NCBI GenBank assembly: GCA_039621445.1
Contig: CP154954.1
Coordinates: 45,301,847 to 45,365,846, forward strand
Reading direction: 5' to 3'
Source: Euglena gracilis
Taxonomy: Eukaryota
DNA length: 64,000 nt
Made by a program: the position numbers and the translations under genes
In this document: positions 13,101 to 24,418 of the stretch, piece by piece
Numbering within the stretch: the stretch's first letter is position 1
How the letters are laid out: each line of letters starts with the position of its first letter
Notes under the pieces: model-generated
The model's database searches: none
What the model was told of the DNA's origin: nothing
Seen by the model: the letters and a program-made list of their open reading frames with translations, nothing else

Positions 13101-13989
13101 GGGGGTGCACAGTACCTCACCATCTCGCAGTGCGGAGCCCGAATGGTCTCGGACTCCCACGACAGAGGAAGGGGGAGGAAGGGACCAAGAGGGCGAAGCA
13201 CAAGAAGATGGTGAGCCCAACCCCCCCACCCAAAAAATCAGCAGAAAAAGAAAAACATCCCAACCAGAAGGGGGACCCCCAACCAAGCAACCCAAACCAC
13301 CCACCCAGAAACACAGAGAGAGACAACCATCTCCATCGAGGGGGGGGGGGGCACCAAGCAAACATGGGAGAGGGGGGGGGGCGGGGCCACGACGGTTCAG
13401 CTTCGCCAAGGTGTCGGAGGTGGCCTCATCATCGCCAACTCCGGCAACAAAGGCGCAGTAAGAAGCACCCCCCGCGCACACACAAACACACCAGAACAGA
13501 ACAGCCGGCAAGGAAAGCAGGACCTGACCATCTTCTTGTGCTTCGCCCGCTTGGTCCCTTCCTCCCCCTTCCTCTGTCTTGGGAGTACGAAACTTGCCAA
13601 GGGTCGGTTTATTTCTTTTTTTTGGTTGAAATGGGTCGGTTTGGAAGGGTAGGTCGGTTTAGAAGGGGGGAAGAAGGGAAGGAAGGGAAGGGGGAAAAAA
13701 GGGAGGGAGAAGTAGAATAGAATAAAACAAAACAAAAATAAATAGAATAAATAAAATAGAGGAACAAAGGTAAAAAAAAATACAGTAAACTATGGGCAAC
13801 CACTCCACCCCCTCAGGGGGGCGGACCCCCCACCTCCTCGTCACCAATCTTTTCAAAAAAGAATCTCCGACGCAAAACAAAAAAAGCTCACACATGCATG
13901 CACACATTCGCACACAAATTTGAAATCCCTCAAGTAAGGAATGTGAACGCACAAACTTCAGGCTGACAGAAAATTGGCCACATTAGATT

Positions 13990-14300
13990 GGAGAGCTGCC
14001 TGGGAACGAGTGTGAGGATGCTTTGGCGGTGCGCGGAGTGGGGCTGAGAAGGCGAGCAGGGCCTTGGGCCAACTTTGGGGCTTGGTCCAAGGAGGGCTCA
14101 TCTGCATCGACATGGGGCGGCAGGTCTGGCACTCCTTTCTCCGGGATCGGTGAGGCTAGCAGAACGGATGGCCGCAGGCACGCCGTATACCCCCCCCAAG
14201 GCTTGCATAAGAAGAGTTGAGTGCCGCATTTAGAATAACAAAATTGTAGGGCTTGCACTTTTCTCCTCCTGGAGGTGTTGTTCTTGAAAAGTAAGGTTGG
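13990..14300 (+). pseudogene. Degenerate DIRS gag fragment
   Basis: RALGQLWGLVQGGLICIDM resembles DLDRIWTQVQSGDLRLDV of the array gag; broken by stops and frameshifts. Confidence 0.4.
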
Positions 14301-14519
14301 GTGGGCTGGATCTTCAAAAGAAAATCGCGAAGAGGGAGCCCGAGGATTCCAGTTGGTCAAGGCTGTTGCTTTTGCGGCGATTTGTGCCATAATTTTCGCA
14401 GATCCAATTTCGCCCTGCCCAGCGCGTGGGGTGGCTTTTGTGCTTCGTGTCCCGTCTCCCTCTGCCGGGTGGTCTTTCACGGAAGGTGAGGTTGTGGTCG
14501 TTGGTTGGGTCACGGCCGG

Positions 14520-14638
14520 TCGGCCCAACCACGTCCGACTTTGAAGTCATTAAATTCTGCCTTGCTGGGACGCAGCCGGCCGGGGCCACGCAGCCGCAAC
14601 AGATCCAGCGACTGAAGACGCACTTCATCGCAGAATAG
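14520..14638 (+). CDS. Possible terminal exon (GPTTSDFEVIKFCLAGTQPAGATQPQQIQRLKTHFIAE*), perhaps of the left-edge gene
   Basis: Coding-like composition ending in TAG; no junction to the upstream exons could be established. Confidence 0.25.
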
Positions 14639-14909
14639 CGAAATACATTGGCCCCCCGGGGCCCCGACTACAGTTGACTTCAACAGGGGGGGGGTTCGCG
14701 CGGGTCCCGCCGTATTTTTTACCCCAGTTTGGCGGCTCTTTGGGGTCTCTTGGAGCCCTTTAAAGGCCAATGTGGCGCGGTTGAGCGGGAAAGGTTCAAC
14801 TGATTTGAACGAGAATCTTGACCCAAGCCAAGCCTCCTCGAATAACCTCATAGAATCTTTTTTTGCGATCGTTTGGCCGCAGCGGGCCCCGGCCTCCGCC
14901 AAAATAATT

Positions 14910-17900
14910 CTGACCCTCGGGCTCCGAACTTCCCCCAAGTGAGCTCATGCCTTGTTTTGCCGGCTTTTTGAAGGTAAATTTTTTTGGAAGGTTAGGCTTT
15001 GCACCTTTAGTGCTGCAATTTTGCCGGAGTTGGCTGTTCTTAATTGACCTGTGGCGGAAGTTCTGGTGCAGTTTATCACGTTGGCTGACGTGGCAGAGAT
15101 ACAATCCATCTGTGATGGTACATTTTTGTCGTGGGAAGCTTCCTGTGTCCTTTTGGGGGCTTCAAAAGACATTGTCACACGTTCTGAATGATATTGTGAG
15201 TGATCACGACCGTCTGATTTCCTCACGTGTTTAAACAACATTGTGACTTTAGACCCAAAGTCAATGGCAGCCGAGGCAGCCGTTAAATACGTTGTAAATA
15301 TGCTCCGCCTTTCACTGACTAACTCGCACATGGGTTTGGACACCTCGGGCTCCGCACTTCCCCCAAGTGAGGTGCCGACCTCACTTGGTGTTTGTGTTTC
15401 GCCCACGGTGTCCCTTCCTCCCCTCTCGGTCTGCCTCGGGGGAGTGCGAGTGGACGGAGATTCCACACCATGTTAGCACCATACAAGAGGCTTGGGAACC
15501 AAAACTTAATATGGTGCATTTTGAGATCCCCAACCAATCCTCCTGGGGCTGGCCAAAGCCCCCTTTCACACTGATATTTGCACATTGTGGACACAGCTCA
15601 TTTTTTGCTCAATAATCCTCTGCTTATAAAGAAGTTCAGATTTGGAGAGAATCAAACGTACAACTGGTGTGTGGGGCAAGGCGCCCCACATCAAAATCAG
15701 GCGTAAAGACCAAAAATTGCACAAATAACAGAGAGTTGTGTCCATAACTCTATATCCAAAGGTCAGCCCCTTTCACTTGATGATGCCATATGTTTCAGCA
15801 ACACGGTCACTCCTCAGACCTGGGGGAGCCCTTCTAATTTCACTTAAGCATTCCTTTAAGCCCATAAGTGCAGATACAGTTTTCTTCGACAAAAACATTT
15901 TTTCCCCCAAAAATGAGGTGCCCCCCAGGTGTATTTGAGGGGTTCACTCCACCAGAGGGGCAGGAGTCGGTTTACTCCTTTACTCTAATCGGTTTACTCT
16001 AGTTTTTTTTTGGAATTAGTCACCGGAGGGGCTCGTACTCCCTCGAGGCAAGCCGAAAAGGGAGCAGGTCACCTAGGGCTTGGGCCCTTGGAAAAAGAAT
16101 TTTTTTCTGGGGGGATGTGCATGCACTCTCTCCCTTTCTGCTCACCTCTCTGGAGGATCTTGTTGTTGGAAGACATACCATAGGGCTTAATGCCCCTGTT
16201 TGGCCTATCTGGCCTTCTGCATGTTGATGTGGTTGGTTGACATACCATAGGGGGGCCTCTGTGGGTCCCCCCCTTGATTGAATAATTGGGAATTGAGAAA
16301 TATTTGTTGGAGGGGTTCCTGCCCCTCCCTCCAAAAGGGCCACTGTGGGTCCCTTTTCATCCTGGGGCTGGGTCATTGAAAGGGCCACTGTGGGTGCCTT
16401 TTCCCCCCATTTTTGGCAGAGGGCCTTTGTGGGTCCCTCGGGGGATTTTACCAGCAGCTTCTTTAGCTTCTTGGTGGCCACTGTGGGTCCACCCTGCTGG
16501 TCTCCAAGGTCTCCATGTATAAATTTTTTTCCATAATCCGTCTGTTGGTCTTCTGGGCCTTGTGTTCTTCTTGGCCTTCAGCCCCATTGGAAATCTGGGG
16601 GGGCTGCTGTGGCCCCCCCTTGTCCCCTGTAGAGGGGCTGTTGTGCAAGATGAATTGGGGGGGTTGTACAGACCTTTTCTGCCCCTTCTTGAGGGGATTT
16701 GCTTGAAAAACCGGCCCCCATGGCCCCTGTGGTGTTGACCTCCTTGGCCTTGATTCCATCTCCCCCTCTTCTGGCCAATTTGTGCACAGGCGACTGTGCG
16801 CCTTTGGGGGAGATGCCACTGATGTGTGGGCTTTGATTGTACAAACGTGTAGTAATTTGGGCCCCCATGGCCCATCCTTTGCCCACTCCAACTCCCTCGA
16901 GGAAAACCGACAAGGGAGGAAGGGACACCGAGGGCGGAGCACAAAGACATTGTGACTGAATATTGATATTGTATTATCTTGATCTCTTCCAACTCTGTTC
17001 TTTGAAAGTTTGTGTCTTCTTCCGTGTCGAAGGGCAAGATTAGGAATCAGCAAACTCCGGCGAAAAAAGGCACTAAGGGGAGACGCCTAACCCAGCACAA
17101 CGAACAATCACACAACACCGCCGGCGAGCAAGGCATGGCCTCACAATGGCAAAGTGCGGAGCCGAGGTGTCCAAGGGCTGGGGCTGACTTCTGTCTTCTG
17201 GGCCTTCTGGCCACAATGGTCCAAGGACCGTGGCGGTCACTGGGGTGGGGTTTGGGCTGGGAAAGTTTTGGGTGGGGGTCTGGGGGGGGAAACGGCCACG
17301 GTTTGCCACCGCATCTCCAAGTTCTCCTTCTTCTGCGGCCACTGCTCCAGGACGTCCGTGGCCATGCAATTCCAATTTCTTCCCCACTGCAATGCTCATT
17401 GAAGTCAAAATTGAAAATGGAAAATTGAGTTCTCAATTGATATTCGTCTGGTTCGTGTCCTTCTGGATATTGAATTGATATTGACTTCTTTTCTCGGTTC
17501 TTCTTCGTCCGTGAACTCTGCCCTTTCTTCTGGCTGTCGAAGGGCGAGTTAGGAATCAGCCAACTCCGGCGAAAAAGGCACGGAGCGGGGCCTCCTAACC
17601 CAGCGCAGCGAGCAATCACACAGCAAACCGCCGGCGAGCAAGGCATGGCCTCAAAATGACAAATTGCGGAGACCGAGGTGTCGTGGAGCCTTGGTGCCCT
17701 GGCCCCTGCTAATGTTTTTTTTGCAAAAAAAGGCCTGACAAGGGCAAAGTACGAGCCCGCGGTGTCTCGTACTCACCTAAACGCAGGCCCCGCACTTTTT
17801 CCATTTGGAGGTAATAAGCGAGGCCCGACAATGTCTTTGTGCTCCGCCCTCGGTGTCCCTTCCTCCCTTGTCGGCTTGCCTCGAGGGAGTACGGGAAACC

Positions 17901-18170
17901 GACGAGGGAGGAAGGGACACCGCGGGCGAAGCGCAATGACGGAATGCTCCCCAGTGACGACCACAGCCCTTGGCAGGCAGTGCCCAAGAAGTCCAGAGAA
18001 GGGAAAGCACCGTTGGCCCCAGCCCCCCCCAATCGCCCACGAAGGCGGGTATTCCTATCACCTCTGCCCCCCACACCGTCTGGGCACAAAAAAAATTGGA
18101 TCGTCCAGAAGACCAGGTGGGGACTTTGACAAGCACAAACAAGAGGTTTAGGTAGGGTAAGGCCCTTCCG
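14910..18170. mobile_element. Cluster of DIRS terminal remnants and fragments in both orientations
   Basis: Left-tip motif GGCTCCG(C/A)AC(T) at ~14918 and ~15347, and inverted at ~17150 and ~17660. Right-tip motif GGTGTCCCTTCCTCCC...GGGAGT at ~15405, ~17850, inverted at ~16033, ~16890 and ~17890. Conserved GCCGGAGTTGGCTG(A/T)TTC(C/T)TAAT leader at ~15023, ~17040 and ~17550. Direct repeat ~17025-17172 / ~17535-17682. Confidence 0.8.
15470..15890 (+). pseudogene. Degenerate tyrosine recombinase fragment
   Basis: LCL*RSSDLERIKR...RRKDQKLHK*QRVVSITLYPKVSPFHLMMPYVSAT...LLISL..FKPISADTV aligns by eye with the 12.6-12.9 kb YR; contains stops. Confidence 0.7.
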
Positions 18171-19039
18171 GGGCAATCAATTCCGGCCAGGGTTCTCCTT
18201 CTCTGGTTCCTACCTCATTAATATACAGAAACCGCAACGTTGTAGTGCGTGGCCCTGAGGACAATCTCCTTTCTGCACATGATGGCAATATCCCATCCAA
18301 GCTTTGTTGATGAACACTTCTGCTTTAAATTCACATAACTGAAAGATTATCTCCTGTTTGCCTGAATTAGTTCCAAAACATTCTGCTGCTCTGTTTCTTT
18401 CGGTGCAGATGCTGGACCCTCGCCAGGATTTGAATGATGAGTCCACACATGGCACGAATCAGGGTGAGGGTGGGGGGCAGGGTGGGGTCTTGTTTCTCAA
18501 CTTTCTGAGGGCCCCCAAAACAAATAACAAAACCCCTTGTGCTACCGATGCGTTTTGGGGCCAATCCCTGGGGAAGGGGGCCAAAAAAAAACATGAAATG
18601 ATGAAATGACAACCAGAAAAAACCATTTGCGAGGGGTAAGATTCTCCTGCAAATAATTGAACCCGTCCTGCTCATCGTTGTCAGATTTGCCTCAACAGGG
18701 TGCTCAGCGAACCCAAATAATCGCCCAGATAGCGTAAATAATAATAAGGTTGATAATACACATGGGGGGACCCTCTCTTGGCGCCTCGCTTGGCGCCAAG
18801 AGAGCCCCATGTGTCCCCATGTGCGTTGGCCCCCATGTGTGTTGTTAAACCCCAGCTGGGCGACTCTTTTGGGGCACCTGGTACCCTGTGCCCTGTAGGG
18901 ACCAATTTATCACGTGAGGTGCTGCAACAATTTTGGAAATTGGGTTCATTGGGTGGGAGGGGGGTAGGGGGGCCGGGAGGGGTAGGGGGAGGGGCAGGGA
19001 TCCAGGGTTCGTGCCATGTCTTAGTCCTGCCCTGGCAAA

Positions 19040-19520
19040 CGGGGATTTTGGCCGAGAGTCTTTTTTGAACCCAAATGCATGATTTTTTTTTGATGAAAAA
19101 CCACATTTTTTTCACAAAAAAAGCACTCAAAAATTTCAGGTTTAAAAATTGGTAGCTTTTAGGGGGGGGGGTGGAAAAATGCAGGTCGAAAACATTGGAC
19201 CAAATTTGGCACAATCAAATTTTACTGACATTTTTTTTTCATGGAAAAATTATTTGGATTTTCAATGGCATTTTCCCCTTCAAAAACCTCTCAAAATCAA
19301 AAATTTGAGAAAATGTTAAAATGAAGGTGTGAAAAAATGGGGGTTTGGGGGGACCCAAAATATGGGCCCCAAAATGGGTCCAAAATGCACCTGGCGCCGG
19401 GAAAAAATTTTGGGGTCCAAAAACTGGTGCCACCAGAACAACGGGAAGAGGTGGGGGGGGGGTGGTCGACCCCCCCACCACCCTGGCTGTTTGGCCGATT
19501 CCCGTTCTGCCCTGCCGGGG
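19040..19520. repeat. Dispersed repeat; diverged inverted copy at ~49150-49650
   Basis: Reverse-complement similarity over ~480 bp (e.g. TTGGCACAATCAAATTTTAC / GTAAAATTTGATTGTGCCAA). Confidence 0.75.
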
Positions 19521-20746
19521 GAGGGGACCAAAAATCGGGCCGTCTGAGGGTATTTCCCAAAAAACTTTCGGCACAAAGCGGAATCCATGCCAAGCACCTC
19601 CAGTCCGGGACCCCGGGGGGGGGGGGGGGGGGCGGCCCTGGACCACATGTGCATGAATTTTCCTCCATCAAACGCCATCAAAAAAATTCGGTAAGATAAA
19701 ATAACCTGACCTCATCTGAACCCTAATCTGACCCTGGGGTTTGGGTTAGATTAGGGTCAAGATTGGTCTGACCTTCACTCAGGCTTCTTTTCAAGTCAGA
19801 AGACCCCGCCCGGAAATGGAGAGTCCACCCCCTGGGGGGGGGGGTGGACTCTCCATTTTCCACCCAAAAATGTCCCACAATGAAAGGGAAAAACCTCCGC
19901 AGAAAAGCCACGCTTGCAAAGAAGAGAGTGGCTGGCATATCATACACTTCCTCCAGTTGTGCAGCTGTGGAAACATCATCATGGGTCATTTGCAGCAAAC
20001 TTTAAAGCAGGGTGTTCTAATGACCCATGTTCAACTGCTGAGGCAATTGGTTGGAGTGTCTGCTTGTGTCCAGAAAGCATTTTGCCCGGGAAGCAGGAAG
20101 GGGAATCCAAAAATAATGGCAACCCCATCACCCATCTGTACAAATTACACGGTTCTGTCAGGAAAAACATTGGACGAATCCTTAAAATGCCAAGGTAAAT
20201 TCTGGATGACCGCTTAAAATGGCTGGGATATTTCTCAGCAAAAAAACCTCCTGAACCCATTTCAGAAAAATCCATCAGAACTCACATCAAAATACCGAAA
20301 TTTTCCCAAATCCAACACTCAAAATTTAGTGAAATACTGAACTCGAAATTGAAAAATAAAACAACGAGCGCATTCTTTCATTTGGACCATTAATGAATCC
20401 AAAAGTCATTTGGGGGGGTTGGATTTTCACCAAATTCCTGCAATTATGACCCCCCCATTTTAGTCAATGTTTGGTCGGTCGGCCCGGGACCCCCCCAAAT
20501 TGGCATTTTTTCAGCAAATTTGCTCAAAAATGGCATTTCTGATGATGGTTGGTCTCAAAAAAAAAGAGCCAAAGAATCAGTTTTTGGGTGGTTTGTGGCA
20601 GAAAAAAATCAAACCCAGCGGTTTTCATTTTTCTTCCCCAGGGCGGCAGGGCGGGGGGGGGACTGACCAACCAAACCAGATCCCATAAGCCACGGAGGGT
20701 TTATGAATGGGGGGGGGGCTCGGAAAAATGCTGGACAGGTCCTTAA

Positions 20747-22044
20747 AACCTATTTTCTGGGCCCGACGCCTGTCTTGAAATTCTACTGACATTAACGGAT
20801 TTCAGGCTGAAATTGTTTATGTCGGTCGATTTCCATTCAGGCGCCCGTTTATATCGGTCGATTTCCATTCAGGCGCCCGTTTATGTCAGTCGGTTTCCAT
20901 TCAGGCGCCTATTTATGTCGGTCGATTTCCATTCAGGCGCCCGTTTATGTCGGTCGATTTCCATTCCATTGAAATCTGTTGCTGGTCAGATTGGGAATTT
21001 TTAGTGGCTTTTTGGACATTTTGGATTTCCCTTTTTTTCGACATTTTTGGTCCTATGGGGTTGTGGAGGCGTTATGGATCAGACAAAAAACAAATTTTAT
21101 GGTCAGGTGATCACCAGTGGCTGAACTTTGGATGGAACAGACGTAAGGACGGTACTTAAGATTATCATTTTCTGGAACTTCAGAAAAAGCATTCGGCAAG
21201 TTTGTCCTGAACATCTGGTCATCTGAAAGAACAGCTTTCGGGTGAGGAGTGATTTGGCAATGTTAAACCTATTTTCTGGGCTCGACGCCTGTATTGCAAT
21301 TCTATTGACATCAGCGGATTTCGGGCCAAGGCTGTGTTCAAGCAACATGGCTTTGGTCAAAATCTGTGTTTCTAAAAAAAAAACAGACTGTGACCTGAGT
21401 CTGTGTTTCGAAACGCTGAGTCTGTTATTCGGCCTGAGTCTGCGTTTCGAAACACAGACTCATGTCAGAGTCTGTGTTTAAGACGCAGTTCTTGATATAG
21501 AGATTGTTTCTTTTAAAATGGAAAAAAAAGGCATTCCGAAAAAAAAAGAGACAAAAGGTTGGTCGACATTAACGGGTTTCAGGCTGAAACTGACAATGTC
21601 CCAAAAACGAACAAAAAGGCATTCAAAAAAGGAAACAAAAGGTTGGTCCATTTCCAAGACATCGGAAACCGTTTATGTCAGTCGATTTCCATTCAGGCGC
21701 CCGTTTATGTCAGTCGATTTCCATTCAGGCGCCCGTTTATGTCGGTCGATTTCCATTCAGGCGCCTGTTTATGTCGGTCGATTTCCATTCAGGCGCCGTT
21801 TATGTCAGTCGATTTCCATTCAGGCGCCCGTTAATGGGCCAAAAACCACTTTTTAGACCATATTTCGGTCCAGGCGGTTCGGTCGAATGAATATCAAGAC
21901 AGGCGTCGGGCCCAGACAAAATAGGGTTTAGAAAAATCGACCGACACTAACAGATTCAGCAGGGGCGCCGGGCGGCTCGCTTCGCTCGCTCGCGCCCGGC
22001 GCCCCTGCTGAATCTGTTAGTGTCGGTCGATTTTTGTATAGAAA
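20747..22044 (+). mobile_element. TIR element with outer TTAA, 32-bp tandem repeats and terminal 43-bp hairpin (copy 1)
   Basis: TTAA|AACCTATTTTCTGGGCCCGACGCCTGTCTTGA, with its inverse at ~21894-21930. GTTTATGTCGGTCGATTTCCATTCAGGCGCCC arrays at ~20815-20966 and ~21670-21832. Hairpin 21932-22035. Confidence 0.8.
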
Positions 22045-22484
22045 TTGTTTAGGTCAGTTGATTTCCAAGACAGTGCCCGTTTAGTTTTAGGGTCAGGTCG
22101 ATTTCAAAGACATTGAAATTTGTTGCTTGTGAAATTGGGATATCTTTGTGAAATTTTGGACATTTCGGATTCTGATTTTTTCGAAATTTTGGGTCCTATG
22201 GGATTCGGAAGCATTTTGGACTGACAGAGACAAAACTTGCCGTCAGATGGATGATCTGGCTATTCCGGGCTGACAACTGGCTGAAAATAAGATATGCCAT
22301 TTCATTTTCTGAAACTTCAAGTTTCCAGAATAAGAATTCTGTACAATGTGGCCAGATTTAGTTGCCATTGCTGGTTGTCAGATAAAAGAACCTTTCGATT
22401 GAGGGGCGATTTGGCAGCTGTTCAAACAGACAGATACAATCCCAATTGTCTTGTTTCAGGAATTTCAGTTTCATGAATCAACAA

Positions 22485-24418
22485 CAGACCGCCATTTAGT
22501 GCGTATCACAACGTATCTGTGATACATTAATTTTATTTTGGTGATACATATGTGATACATTAAAAATTTTTTGGTGATACACATGTGATACATTAAAAAA
22601 AATTTGGTGATACATATGTGCTACACAAATTTTCCTTGGTGAAACATATAATAAAAGTTGTGAAGCACAAATTTACAAGATGAAAAATTTTCAGACAAAC
22701 ATAAGATGGCGTTCACCCAGCTCCCAGCTTGAGGAACTCAGGTTCCCATGGTGCTCCAGCCCCACTTCCGTGGCGCTGACCTGTCTGCCAAGGCAGGTCC
22801 CTGCCATCTTTTTTTGGGCATGCACGGGTTTTTTCTTTGGGCGGGTCCCCGGCTGCCATATGTTTTTTCTCTTTTTTTGTCAGCAACTTCTCAGCCGTTA
22901 TTTTTAAATTTATTGGACAGGATAAGAGAAGAATGGAACGAAATCTTACATTGTGCTGGATGACGCTGCCAACTGATCCTTCACAGACGCCTGACCCCCG
23001 GTGGAAATGCCATGGGTGCCATGTCCTTAATTGTGATGAATCCAAAAGTTTTCTTGCTGTCAAATGCCTCCTTCCAAAGGGAACCTTCAAAACGCGGAAG
23101 ACAGGATTCCGCAACAACAATTCCTCAAACCATTGACAAGATATTACGGGACTTCGAAAATTTCGAATTTTTTTTGGAAATAATACCCCCTCAAATAATA
23201 CCCCTCCCTCGGGCCGGGACTTAAAGCGAAAAAATAAACCCCGGAGGGTATTATTTGGGGGGGGGTTAGGCCCAAAATAGCACCCAAAACACCCCTTTGG
23301 GGTCATTTTTTGTACTTTCTCATAAAATTTAGCATTTTTGGAAGCCAGATAATCAAGAAAAATCGAATCTTTTCGTAATTTGTTGTCAGATATTTTTATT
23401 TTTACCCAACTTTTCAGGTCAAAATCCGGGTCGTCGGCCCGAGATTTGGGTGGGGGGGGGTATTAATTTGGTGGAGGAAATCGGACCTCGAGGGGGGGGG
23501 GTATTATTTGGGGGGAGGGTTTACCTCACCCCTCCCGGGCGCTTGGCCTGGGCCATGATTGAAGGTAAGGCCAGGGGGCCAACCTTAGGGGGCCAAATTT
23601 GCGTGTTAAGAATTTTGGCGGCCATGTGCAAAGGGCCAACTTTAGGGGGGCCAAGTTTGCATGTAAGGAGGAGCGGAGCCAAGCCCCCGGGCTCTCCCCC
23701 CCAAGCTATTCCCACAGGGGGGACGGCAATGGCTCACTGTCATTGCACTTTTCATAAAGGACGTCCCAAAAATTAAATGTGCTCAAAATGAATGTTTTTG
23801 GGACATTTTCAAAATTGATTTTTGGCAAACGTGCTTAGAATTGAACATGCGAACGGGGAGGTAATCACTATAACCCCGACTACAGATTGGAAAAACTTTT
23901 GCTGGGAGAATAGGCGAGTTGTAACCGAAACACATTGCCGAAAGCATTATCACAAGAAAAATGTACCATTTGTCTGCAGAGAGGCAAAGAAACAAGGATG
24001 AAAAGCGGAACAGAAAGGGAAAAAATATTACATTTTGATGTAAAAATGGAAATTTTTATGAAAAATTTGGTGATACATATGTGATACATTAAAATTTTAT
24101 TGGTACAGTAAAAAAATTCTGGTGATACACATGTGATACATTAAACCCCCCCCCCCAAATAACACCCCCCCGGTGTGTTATTTGGGCACCCGAACTGGGG
24201 CCCCAGGGGGGGGGGTGTTATTTGGGGGGGGTGTTATTTTTACATGGAAAACCAAAGGAAAACAGGGGGGTGTGTTATTTTGGCGCTTGAAATCGGCCCC
24301 CGAGGGGGGGGGTGTTATTTGGGGGGGGGGAGTTATTTGGGGGGGGGGTTAATTTTTAGGCTGTGATACATGTGATACTCAAAAATTTTTTTGGTGATAC
24401 ATACTAAATGGAGGTCTG
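22485..24418. mobile_element. hAT/P-like non-autonomous element, CAG...CTG termini, 8-bp TSD ATCAACAA
   Basis: TIR CAGACCGCCATTTAGTGCGTATCAC / GTGATACATACTAAATGGAGGTCTG; ATCAACAA at 22477-22484 and 24419-24426; many subterminal GTGATACA motifs; nested insertions inside. Confidence 0.9.

Larger units (their letters stand above)
8983..13590 (+). mobile_element. DIRS1-like tyrosine-recombinase retrotransposon (near complete, frameshifted)
   Basis: Left ITR ~8983-9084 is inverted at ~13455-13533. Internal complementary region ~13114-13215 is complementary to the left tip (8983-9017) and then to the right tip (~13525-13590). Internal order is gag-like, RT, RNase H, MTase, YR. Confidence 0.93.

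Noticed and set aside
20815-21832. 32-bp repeats as a CRISPR array
   Set aside because: Head-to-tail with no spacers, inside a TIR element, no cas genes, eukaryotic context.
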